Assembly (NCBI GenBank): GCA_029762535.1
Contig: JARVGK010000028.1
Location: forward strand, 1 to 22,795
From: Thermoplasmatota archaeon
Lineage (GTDB): Archaea > Thermoplasmatota > Penumbrarchaeia > Penumbrarchaeales > Penumbrarchaeaceae
Reading direction: 5' to 3'
Length of the DNA stretch: 22,795 bases
A program made the position numbers and the translations under genes. This document shows, piece after piece, positions 7,239-15,575 of this stretch. The notes beneath the pieces are model-generated. The model was not told where the DNA came from and searched no databases. It worked only from the letters and a program-made list of their open reading frames with translations. Position 1 is the first letter of the stretch. Each line of letters opens with the position of its first letter.

Positions 7239-10200
7239 GATGTATCGACGTTCGTCAACTCAAGGTAGATCGATCCGGTGGGCATGACATGAAAGGAAAG
7301 GGGAAAGGGAAGAAGAAGAGGGAGGCAGACCTGCCGTCCTCGGAGGACATAAAGGCCAGGATCGATGCGGTTAGGAACCTTGATCTGGACGTCTCCCCGT
7401 TGAGAAAGCAGCTTTCCCGTTACAAGAAGGAGAGAAGTGCCGATGTGTCCAAGGCCAAAAAGACCCTAAAGAACATAGAGGACGGACTGAACAGGGCCTG
7501 GAACGAATGGAACGCCTCCAGGGCCACAGTGGAGATGGACCTCATCGACAGTGCCTTCGAGATCTGCGAGGGCAAGGGTATGGACTGCACGGACCTAAAG
7601 ACCAGCACCCGGAATTTGAGAACAAAGGTGAAAAAGGGATTCAAGGATGATGTGCAGGCAGGTCTCAAAGAGCTTAGACAGGGCATAGCAAGCGCATTGG
7701 ACCCGTTCCCCGATGTAATAATCCATCAGGCAATATCCGCCTTCAACCGGGGGTTGGATTCTTACATCGATATGAGCGGGTCCGGTCCAAGCCTCGGGAC
7801 CTCCAGGAAATATTTCAAGAAGACATGGGATTACGCCAGGAAGAAGGATGTCGACAAGCTGATCGTCTATTCGAACCTGCTGCTGAACTCCTCGCAGACC
7901 GAGATAACGGACGAGGAGGCAAAGGACCGCTTCAAGGTCATCAAGGACCAGCTCAACGGGTTGCGTGAAAGGGTACAGGAGTTCGACGAATTCGGACTGG
8001 AGACCGGTACGATATTCAAGCAGATAGACCGGATCGAAAAAGGATTCGACTCGAAACATATCGCCGAATACGAGGGCCACATCAGCGGTCTCGATAAGAG
8101 CGTGGCAAGGCTCGAGAGCGAGTATCTGAGGAAGAAGGGCGATGTCGGCCTCATGGAGAGCAAAGGCCTCTTCGAGCGCTATGGGAATCTTCTGGACCTA
8201 TCCTCCTACATCGAGAGGTACGACAAGCTCATAGAGGACCAAGGAAAGATGTCCCCGAACAGGTTCTTCGACGAGAGCAGCTCCCTTCTTCATGGAATAA
8301 AGGAGGACCTGTTGAAGAACTTCCGCGAACAGGTTTTAGAGAGGATAGAGAGGATAGACCGATTCCTCGAGGAAGCACCCGAGGGCACCCTCGACCGAGT
8401 AGCGCCGATAAAGGAGCTGAAGGACCTCTCGAACTCACACCTTCTCAGCGGAGACATCACCGAGGCCATGGAATATCTCTCCATGGCCGAGAACATGATC
8501 GGATACGTGGAGGATGAGATAGAGCTGGGAACGCTTCGGGAGAACTACTCTTTGCTATTGCAGGATTATCAGGCGCTTATGGACGATAACGTCGAGATCG
8601 CGGAACTCGGAAAACTCCTAAACGATATCGAGCATTTGTTCCTGTCGGACGATGTGAGGCGCCCGGAGATAATCGAAAGGATCGCCGACGGAAAGGCTAT
8701 AATCGGGGAGAAGATGGCAGAAGTGAGGAATGCCAGGTTCACCAAGGGTAAGGACGAGATCCTTTCATCCCTCTCAAGCTTCGATATAGACGACGACAAG
8801 AAGAAGGGGATCATCAAGCTCTTGGATGGATTGGGATCCGACCTCGCATCCGTTGATGAGGAGACCTTCAGGAAGCGTTTTTCCCAGATCGAAACTTCCA
8901 TGGACGCCTTGATGGAGGAATATTTCAAGGACAATTATCCCGATTTCGAAGGCAGGATCAACGAGCTCGCCGACAGTGTAGAGGGGCTGGGAGGCGACGT
9001 CAACAAGGTAAGATCATCCATCGGGGACGCAAGCTCCCTTTTCGCGAACGGCAAGTTCGTGGAGGCGGGCAAGCTCCTTCGCGCTGTCGAGATGGAGCTC
9101 ATGGGCATGGAAAAGGATGCCAAGGTCAGAAAGGTGGAGGCTGGCATCAATTCGGCCGAATTCATGTTCGAAGAGGCCAGAAGGGCCGGTGTGGAAGTCG
9201 AGGACTACAAGCTCAATATCGAGGAGGCCAAAAGATACCTGGACGAAGGTCTGATATCCGAAGCCATCGACCTTTCCTCTAAGATCGAATCCGATATCAA
9301 AGGCAAATGGATGGACCAGAGGAGGGAGAGGCTCTTCGGGGAGATCCTCACCCTGAAGGACGTTGTCGGGCAGGCGGATTCCACCGACCAGGACCTGGGA
9401 GAGTTCGCCGAGCTGATAGATCAGGCGGAGTCACTGTTCAGGGAAGGAAAGTACGATGACGCGAATGAGATGATGATCAAGGCCAGGGACGGCATGGAGA
9501 ACAGCAGGAAGCAGTTCTTCAGCGAGAGCGCGATGAGGTCCATAAATTCCACCCGGGAAAAGATCCGAGAAGTGGCCGACATGGGCGTTTCGACCCTGGA
9601 GGTCGAGACCCTTCTGATGGAGGCCGAGAGAAGCTTCCTGAACGAGGATTACGAGGAGTCCTTCAGGAAGACCCTTGAGATCGACAACAAGTTGATGGAA
9701 TCCAAAAGTATGTTCATGCGGGACGAGATCCCAAGGACCGTCAGCGAGCTATCGATGAAGGTCGAAAGGCTCGAAAGTATGGGGCTGGACGCCTCATCCC
9801 CCAGAGAGGTTCTGGAAAGGTCCAAGCAGAACCTGCGGAAGGGATTGCTGGAGGATTCCATTCTGGAGGTTTCGAAGGCCAGGGAATTGGTGGACGATCT
9901 CTACAGGAGCCATGTCTCCCTGACGATCCCAGAATCGATTGTGGATATCAGAAAGCAGATCGATGAGGCCATGGGTCTGGGGATCGAGATGGAGGGCCTG
10001 CTCGAGCTGGTCGAGACGGCCGAAGAGATGTTCGTGAAGGAGGATTACGACAGCGCCCTTTCCAAGATCGAAGAGGTTCAGACCAATATCAAGAAGGAGA
10101 AGAGCGGCTTCTTCAGGGATCAGTTCCTCGACAAGGTGCAAAATGTCGAGGAGCTCATGAACAACACTGAAGGCATCGACAGGGAGATCAACCTCTCCAA

Positions 10201-12535
10201 GGACAATATCAACATGGCCCGAGACGCTTTCGAGCGCGGTGACTTCGAGGCCTCCCACGCACTTCTGGACAGGGTTCTGAACTACATTCAGGATTCTTTG
10301 ACCCATAAGGAGGAGGGTAGGAAGAAGGACGTCGTCATGTCACAGTTCGACGAGGTGAAGCTCCTCATCGAAGTGGCGAGGTCGGAGAACGTGGACGTCT
10401 CGGCCGAGACCAATATACTGAAGATGTCCTACGATCTTCTGGAAAAAGGTGAGCTATCACAGGCGGAGCAGGTTATCCAGGGGATCAAGAAAGGTGTTCA
10501 GGAGAAGCGCCTCGATATGAAGAGGGAGCTGATCGAAAGCTCCGTTCAGACAACGGAGATACTACTCGAGAACATGCAGGATATGGGTATGGACGTAACG
10601 ATCGAGATGTCCCTCATGAAGGACCTGAAGGAGGCCATGCGCCGAGGGGACCTAGATCTATGCGACGACATCAATCGTAAGCTCGAGGATACGCTACGGC
10701 GGAATCGCGCCCCCTACACCGTGCAGAAATTGCAAAAGGACATAACGTCTCTTAGAGCAAGGGCGTTGGAGGCGGAGAATCTGGGAATAGACACCACCGG
10801 GATCAGGAAGATGATAACCGATGCCCAGGGCCGCTTCGATAAGGGCGACCTCGACGGGGCGCAGAAAGTGATCCACGAAGCCGATAGGACCCTGGACATA
10901 GCGTTCGAGGGACACAGGAAGAAGGAGTTCGAATCCCAGATGAGGGAGCTGGAAGAGAAGATCGAGATCATGATGCAGTCGGCCATACCCGTCGATGACG
11001 AGATGTCCTTGAAGGAACAGTGCATATCCCTGCTGGAGGAAGGGGACCTCGAACAGGCATCGATGTGGCTTAACACAGCCCTCATCGGTGCGAACGCAAA
11101 GATAACTTCCTTCCAGAGGTCCACGGCAGAGGGATGGATCTCCCAGATAGCTGAATACCTTCAAAGCCTCAAGGACATCGGATTGGACATTGCCGACCTC
11201 GAAAGGATCTTCCAGGAGGGTAAGGACCTCCATAAAGGGGGTAATGACAACAAGGCCATCTCGAAGTTCTCCTCCATACTTGAATTGGGAGAGGAGAAAA
11301 GAAAGAGGCATCTGGAGAAGAACATCACGGGCGTTTTCAAAAGGATGCGCAAGCGTTTCGACGATCTCAAGGGTATAGGGCTAGAACCCTCCCAGGAGAT
11401 GGCCGGACTTGTCGAGGATATGGCAGGGGCGATATCCTCTGGAAAGATGGATTTCGCCTCATTGGATGAGAAACTCACCAGGTTGAGGCTCCTCATGGAG
11501 ACCGAGGGATCGAAATACATGGAAAGACTGGCCAAAACCCATATAGAGGAGGCGACAAAGAGATACAAGGATATGAAAGAGAAGGGCACCACCGATGACC
11601 GGATCCTCTCCATGATGAAGGAGGCCGGGAGGCTCTACAGGGAAGGGAACCTTTTCGGGGCGGACGATGTGGCCTTCGAGATATTCGAGAGGATGGATAG
11701 GTTAGCCCTCGAGGAATCCGAGGAGGCGGTCAAGGGAGAGATGAAGACGGTCCAGCAGATGATCACAAGGTTGAAGACGATGGGCTCGAACGTGGAGAAC
11801 GTGGAGCAGCTCTTCTCGAGGGCGGAACTCGCCTTGAAAGGCGGTAAGGTCAAGGGCGCAAAGAAGATCATCAGCAGTATCAGGGAATCAATTAAGGAGA
11901 TCGTCAACCGGAACATGAGGGAGTCCGCCAGGGAGACGATCGAGTTCACGGAGGCGATGATAAATTACCTCACTGATAATTTCACCGGCATATCATTGAA
12001 GCTCGCGGGTGCCATGGACGCGCTGAATACGGCCAAGGAGGAGTTCCAGAAGAAGAGATACAAGACATCTTCCGAGAAAGCACAGCACGCCAGGCAGCTC
12101 GTGGAAAGGGTGGACCATACCAATATCGATCAGTTCCTGTACGTCTTCAGATCGAGCCAGGCAACAGAATTCATCAGCGAGCTTGAGCAGAGGATAACGG
12201 AACTGTCCAAAAAAGGGGTGGATGTCTCCAAGGCCAATTTACTATTGGACAACGCCAGAAAATTCTTCGATAACGATCAGTTCGAGAAGGGCAGAGAGAT
12301 AGTGATCGTGGCGAGGATCCTCCTGTCCGAAATGGACGCCCAGACCCTCAGGGACCAGGCGTTCGACGTCATAAACGATGCCCACGTGGGGATCATATCG
12401 GCCAAGAAGAAAGGGGATGACGTCAGGGCGGCCGACAAGGTGATGACGACCGCCAAGGAGGCATTTGCCATCAAGGATTACAAGAAAGCCATACTGCTTG
12501 CCAAGAAGGCGCTTTTCCAGCTGAACAAGGCCTAA
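7235..12535 (+). CDS. Giant all-alpha protein built from ~66-aa helical repeats; the start may be 7289
   Basis: 5.3-kb ORF rich in E/K/L/D with the recurrent motif 'G[VIL]D...h...h..A...h..G.h..A' at ~66-aa spacing. ATG 7235 overlaps the upstream stop; ATG 7289 has GGTGG upstream. No transmembrane segment or signal peptide seen. Confidence 0.9.
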   Translation: MRCIDVRQLKVDRSGGHDMKGKGKGKKKREADLPSSEDIKARIDAVRNLDLDVSPLRKQLSRYKKERSADVSKAKKTLKNIEDGLNRAWNEWNASRATVEMDLIDSAFEICEGKGMDCTDLKTSTRNLRTKVKKGFKDDVQAGLKELRQGIASALDPFPDVIIHQAISAFNRGLDSYIDMSGSGPSLGTSRKYFKKTWDYARKKDVDKLIVYSNLLLNSSQTEITDEEAKDRFKVIKDQLNGLRERVQEFDEFGLETGTIFKQIDRIEKGFDSKHIAEYEGHISGLDKSVARLESEYLRKKGDVGLMESKGLFERYGNLLDLSSYIERYDKLIEDQGKMSPNRFFDESSSLLHGIKEDLLKNFREQVLERIERIDRFLEEAPEGTLDRVAPIKELKDLSNSHLLSGDITEAMEYLSMAENMIGYVEDEIELGTLRENYSLLLQDYQALMDDNVEIAELGKLLNDIEHLFLSDDVRRPEIIERIADGKAIIGEKMAEVRNARFTKGKDEILSSLSSFDIDDDKKKGIIKLLDGLGSDLASVDEETFRKRFSQIETSMDALMEEYFKDNYPDFEGRINELADSVEGLGGDVNKVRSSIGDASSLFANGKFVEAGKLLRAVEMELMGMEKDAKVRKVEAGINSAEFMFEEARRAGVEVEDYKLNIEEAKRYLDEGLISEAIDLSSKIESDIKGKWMDQRRERLFGEILTLKDVVGQADSTDQDLGEFAELIDQAESLFREGKYDDANEMMIKARDGMENSRKQFFSESAMRSINSTREKIREVADMGVSTLEVETLLMEAERSFLNEDYEESFRKTLEIDNKLMESKSMFMRDEIPRTVSELSMKVERLESMGLDASSPREVLERSKQNLRKGLLEDSILEVSKARELVDDLYRSHVSLTIPESIVDIRKQIDEAMGLGIEMEGLLELVETAEEMFVKEDYDSALSKIEEVQTNIKKEKSGFFRDQFLDKVQNVEELMNNTEGIDREINLSKDNINMARDAFERGDFEASHALLDRVLNYIQDSLTHKEEGRKKDVVMSQFDEVKLLIEVARSENVDVSAETNILKMSYDLLEKGELSQAEQVIQGIKKGVQEKRLDMKRELIESSVQTTEILLENMQDMGMDVTIEMSLMKDLKEAMRRGDLDLCDDINRKLEDTLRRNRAPYTVQKLQKDITSLRARALEAENLGIDTTGIRKMITDAQGRFDKGDLDGAQKVIHEADRTLDIAFEGHRKKEFESQMRELEEKIEIMMQSAIPVDDEMSLKEQCISLLEEGDLEQASMWLNTALIGANAKITSFQRSTAEGWISQIAEYLQSLKDIGLDIADLERIFQEGKDLHKGGNDNKAISKFSSILELGEEKRKRHLEKNITGVFKRMRKRFDDLKGIGLEPSQEMAGLVEDMAGAISSGKMDFASLDEKLTRLRLLMETEGSKYMERLAKTHIEEATKRYKDMKEKGTTDDRILSMMKEAGRLYREGNLFGADDVAFEIFERMDRLALEESEEAVKGEMKTVQQMITRLKTMGSNVENVEQLFSRAELALKGGKVKGAKKIISSIRESIKEIVNRNMRESARETIEFTEAMINYLTDNFTGISLKLAGAMDALNTAKEEFQKKRYKTSSEKAQHARQLVERVDHTNIDQFLYVFRSSQATEFISELEQRITELSKKGVDVSKANLLLDNARKFFDNDQFEKGREIVIVARILLSEMDAQTLRDQAFDVINDAHVGIISAKKKGDDVRAADKVMTTAKEAFAIKDYKKAILLAKKALFQLNKA

Positions 12536-13314
12536 TCCTGAGCCGCCTCGCCCATATCCATCATCTGAACGGACCAATTGTGGCATCTTCTGGCTTTGAG
12601 CGAATCGGGGTTCATCCTAGTGAGCCGTTCGAAGATGACGGACGATCCTTCATGTTCGCCTCTTGAGAACAGTATACATCCCTTCATGAACAGAAGGTCG
12701 AAGTCCTCTTCTGAGTCCTTCAAATACTCCTCAAGGATTTCATTTGCCTCATCCTGCCTGTCCAGGTCCATAAGGTATTTTATACATTCCAGAGCTATTC
12801 TGCGGGAACCCGGGTCCGATCTCAGTCGGCCCATGCTCCTGTCGATCTCCTTTCGGGCCTTCTCGATCCTTTTCTCTGAGCGCGCGGCCGCGGACCGTAC
12901 CTCGTCGATCACATCCTCAGTAGGCCCGAAGAAAAGGGACCTTTTGTAGAACCGGGACGCCTTGCTGTTGTTGCCAACGACGGCCTGCGAGTCCGCTAGC
13001 AGGGCCCACCTCCTAGCCTGGCGTACATCGAGCGCACGTTTGTACCGTTCAACGCGATCCTTGTTCCCGACCCCCTCGTTCAGGGCTATCAATCTGTTGT
13101 ATATAGAATCATCATCCAGAGGTCTGAGATAATAATCCATGGCCTCCTTCTCCTTTGAATATATCATTTCCAGAATGGCCTCGTCTACCTTTGACGGGGG
13201 CTCGATAGCATCAAGGGCCCTTGTTATTAGGTCCATGGCCGCCGACATGCTGTCAGAGGGGTCAAGCTCCTGCAGCTCATCCAATATCTTCTCTTTGGCG
13301 CTAGACATCGGCAT
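12532..13314 (-). CDS. Tetratricopeptide-repeat protein
   Basis: TPR-like helices (WALLADSQAVVGNNSKASRFYKRSLFFGP; LLFMKGCILFSRGEHEGSSVIFERLTRMNP). Its stop overlaps the stop of the giant ORF. Confidence 0.8.
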   Translation of the reverse strand: MPMSSAKEKILDELQELDPSDSMSAAMDLITRALDAIEPPSKVDEAILEMIYSKEKEAMDYYLRPLDDDSIYNRLIALNEGVGNKDRVERYKRALDVRQARRWALLADSQAVVGNNSKASRFYKRSLFFGPTEDVIDEVRSAAARSEKRIEKARKEIDRSMGRLRSDPGSRRIALECIKYLMDLDRQDEANEILEEYLKDSEEDFDLLFMKGCILFSRGEHEGSSVIFERLTRMNPDSLKARRCHNWSVQMMDMGEAAQD

Positions 13315-13386
13315 CGTAACGATGGATACCTAATTCTAGATTTCGACCGGGGATATATCTCTGGGAGCTGCCTGAATGATCCTCCG

Positions 13387-14868
13387 TCATCCTTTGATCA
13401 CCGCGATGGGTGTGAACCTCGCCACCCTTCTGGATAGGTCCGCTCCCTCGGCGACCCTGACCACCTCTTCGATGTCTTTGTAGGCGTCAGGCGCCTCCTC
13501 GGCCACGACCTTGGGCGAGGCGGCCTTTACCAGGATCCCCCTCTCACCAAGGGTACGGACGATTGAGTTCGATGAGAAACTCTGTACGGCCTTGGTCCTC
13601 GATAGGACCCTGCCGGCCCCGTGGCATGTGGAACCAAATGACACGCTCATCGCATTGCGCGTTCCCACCATCAAGTAGGAAGCGGTCCCCATGTCACCAG
13701 GGATGATGACGGGCTGACCGATATCGGAGTAATCTGGCGGTATGCCCTCCGAGCCAGGCCCGAACGATCTTGTCGCCCCTTTCCTGTGGACGCAGACCTT
13801 GCTGCGCTTCCCCTCTATCTCATGTTCCTCCACCTTGGCGATGTTGTGGGCGATATCATACACGACGCCGATACCAAGCTCGTCATCCCCCCGGCTTAGA
13901 ACTGAGGAGAAAGACTGCCTTATCCAATGGGTGATGAGCTGTCTGTTGGCCCAAGCATAATTGGCCGCGCTCCTCATTGCCCCCAAGTAGGCTTCAGCCT
14001 CATTTGACTCGAATGGAGCTGCGACGAGTTGGCGATCGGGTATGGAGAAACCGTACTTTTCCGAGTGGAATGAGCCCCCGTCCCTGCTGAAGGAGGAACC
14101 AAGGTCCGATACCTGGTCCTGGCAGACCTGGTATCCAAGTCCCCGCGAACCAGTATGTATCATCACCGCGATCTGTCCTGTTGAATTCACACCCATGGTC
14201 TTCGCGGCTTCGTCGTCGAGTATGGAGTCCACCCTCTGTATCTCGATGAAATGGTTGCCCGCCCCCAACGATCCAACCTGGGGAAGGCCGCGGGTCTTGG
14301 CCTTCAAGGAAACGTATTCCGGCCTAGCATCCTTCATCTGGCCGTTCTCCTCGAGGTGGAACAGGTCCTCTTCGGACCCGTAGCCCTCTTCCACCGCCCA
14401 GGCCGCGCCACGCTCTAGTATGTCGTCCAACTCTTTCGGGGTGACCTTGATCCTGGCTTTGGAACCCACACCAGATGGGACATTCCGGAATATGGCGTCC
14501 GTCAATGCCCCTATCTTTCCGCGTAGATCGTCCTCGGTAAGGTCAGTGGATAGGAGCCTCACTCCGCAGTTGATGTCGAACCCCACTCCTCCGGGGGATA
14601 TGACCCCTCCCTCGTCGATCAAGGTGGCCGCAACCCCACCAATAGGAAAGCCGTAACCCCAATGCGCGTCCGGCATGGCCATCGACCTTCCGGTTATACC
14701 TGGCAGGGTCGCAACATTTGCGACCTGCTCGCAAGCATCGTCATGCAGAAGTGAATCGAGCAGCCTTTCGGACGTGAAAACGGTTCCGGGGACCCTCATT
14801 CCCTCCTTGTGATCATCGGGTATCTCGTATACGAACTCGGAGCTCTGTCTTAGCCTACCCTGCCACAT
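13387..14868 (-). CDS. rtcB: RtcB RNA ligase (tRNA-splicing ligase)
   Basis: MPDAHWGYGFPIGG, GFDINCGVR, GNHFIE, HTGSRG, HNIAK, HRKGAT, PGDMG, HGAGR and EEAPDAYK motifs. 493 aa, no intein. Confidence 0.98.
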   Translation of the reverse strand: MWQGRLRQSSEFVYEIPDDHKEGMRVPGTVFTSERLLDSLLHDDACEQVANVATLPGITGRSMAMPDAHWGYGFPIGGVAATLIDEGGVISPGGVGFDINCGVRLLSTDLTEDDLRGKIGALTDAIFRNVPSGVGSKARIKVTPKELDDILERGAAWAVEEGYGSEEDLFHLEENGQMKDARPEYVSLKAKTRGLPQVGSLGAGNHFIEIQRVDSILDDEAAKTMGVNSTGQIAVMIHTGSRGLGYQVCQDQVSDLGSSFSRDGGSFHSEKYGFSIPDRQLVAAPFESNEAEAYLGAMRSAANYAWANRQLITHWIRQSFSSVLSRGDDELGIGVVYDIAHNIAKVEEHEIEGKRSKVCVHRKGATRSFGPGSEGIPPDYSDIGQPVIIPGDMGTASYLMVGTRNAMSVSFGSTCHGAGRVLSRTKAVQSFSSNSIVRTLGERGILVKAASPKVVAEEAPDAYKDIEEVVRVAEGADLSRRVARFTPIAVIKG

Positions 14869-14890
14869 ATCCTGTCATCTAGCCCGGTGT

Positions 14891-14938
14891 GCATATAAAC
14901 TTTGCCCAGGAAAGGGGTAAAATGGCAAGGTTTAATAG
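14891..14938. promoter_or_regulatory. Back-to-back archaeal promoters for rtcB (-) and the DtxR regulator (+)
   Basis: Minus-strand GGCAAAGTTTATATG and plus-strand GGCAAGGTTTAATAG each lie about 25-30 bp upstream of their ATG. Together they form a 10/11 inverted repeat. Confidence 0.6.
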
Positions 14939-14961
14939 TCCTTGAATGGTATAAACCCTCG

Positions 14962-15453
14962 ATGACCACCAGCAGGGAGGAGGACTACCTTGAAGCGATC
15001 ATCCATCTTGTGGACCGCAAGGGATATGCCAGGGTCGGGGACCTCTCCAGGGCCTTGAACTGCTCGGCTGCCACCGTGACCGAGATGTTCGGCAGGCTTT
15101 CGGAGAAGGGCCTTGTGAACTACGAGAAGTACGGCGGTGTGACCCTCACTTCCGAAGGCAGGACGATCGGGGACGAGATAATAAGGAGGCACAACATAAT
15201 CAAGGGTTTTCTGATGTTCCTCGGGGTGGACGAGGATGTTGCCGAAGCGGACGCCTGCATGATCGAGCATTCCGTTCGACCCATGACCCTCGAGAGGCTG
15301 GAGGGTTTCATCGATTTCGTCAAGAAATGTCCCGAGGACCCGTGCTGGATAACCAAGTACAGAGAGTTTCTGGAAACTGGTGCGGTGGACCTGAAAGATT
15401 GTGTCTTGGCAAGGAAAGAGGATGGAACGGCAGAGAGGTCGGATACGTCCTGA
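14962..15453 (+). CDS. DtxR/MntR-family metal-dependent transcriptional regulator
   Basis: EDYLEAI, AR..DLS..L....ATVTEM, LVNYEKYGGVTLT..G, RRH and A..DAC.IEH motifs. No FeoA/SH3 domain; Cys-containing C-terminus. The likely start is ATG 14962. Confidence 0.93.
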   Translation: MTTSREEDYLEAIIHLVDRKGYARVGDLSRALNCSAATVTEMFGRLSEKGLVNYEKYGGVTLTSEGRTIGDEIIRRHNIIKGFLMFLGVDEDVAEADACMIEHSVRPMTLERLEGFIDFVKKCPEDPCWITKYREFLETGAVDLKDCVLARKEDGTAERSDTS

Positions 15454-15575
15454 GGTTCTGGTCGCACATCATTAATATCAGTAAGCAATCCCAAAGGATT
15501 ATTATCGATGATATGTAATGGACATCACATAGGAGTATACACACGAACGTATGATCGATCGCGGAGGTTGGCCGG

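Noticed and set aside
7235-12535. SMC/Rad50 or phage tape-measure annotation
   Set aside because: There is no Walker A/B, signature or hinge motif, no phage genes nearby, and the short repeat periodicity does not fit.
13387-14868. Intein in RtcB
   Set aside because: The length is normal (493 aa) and the motifs are contiguous.
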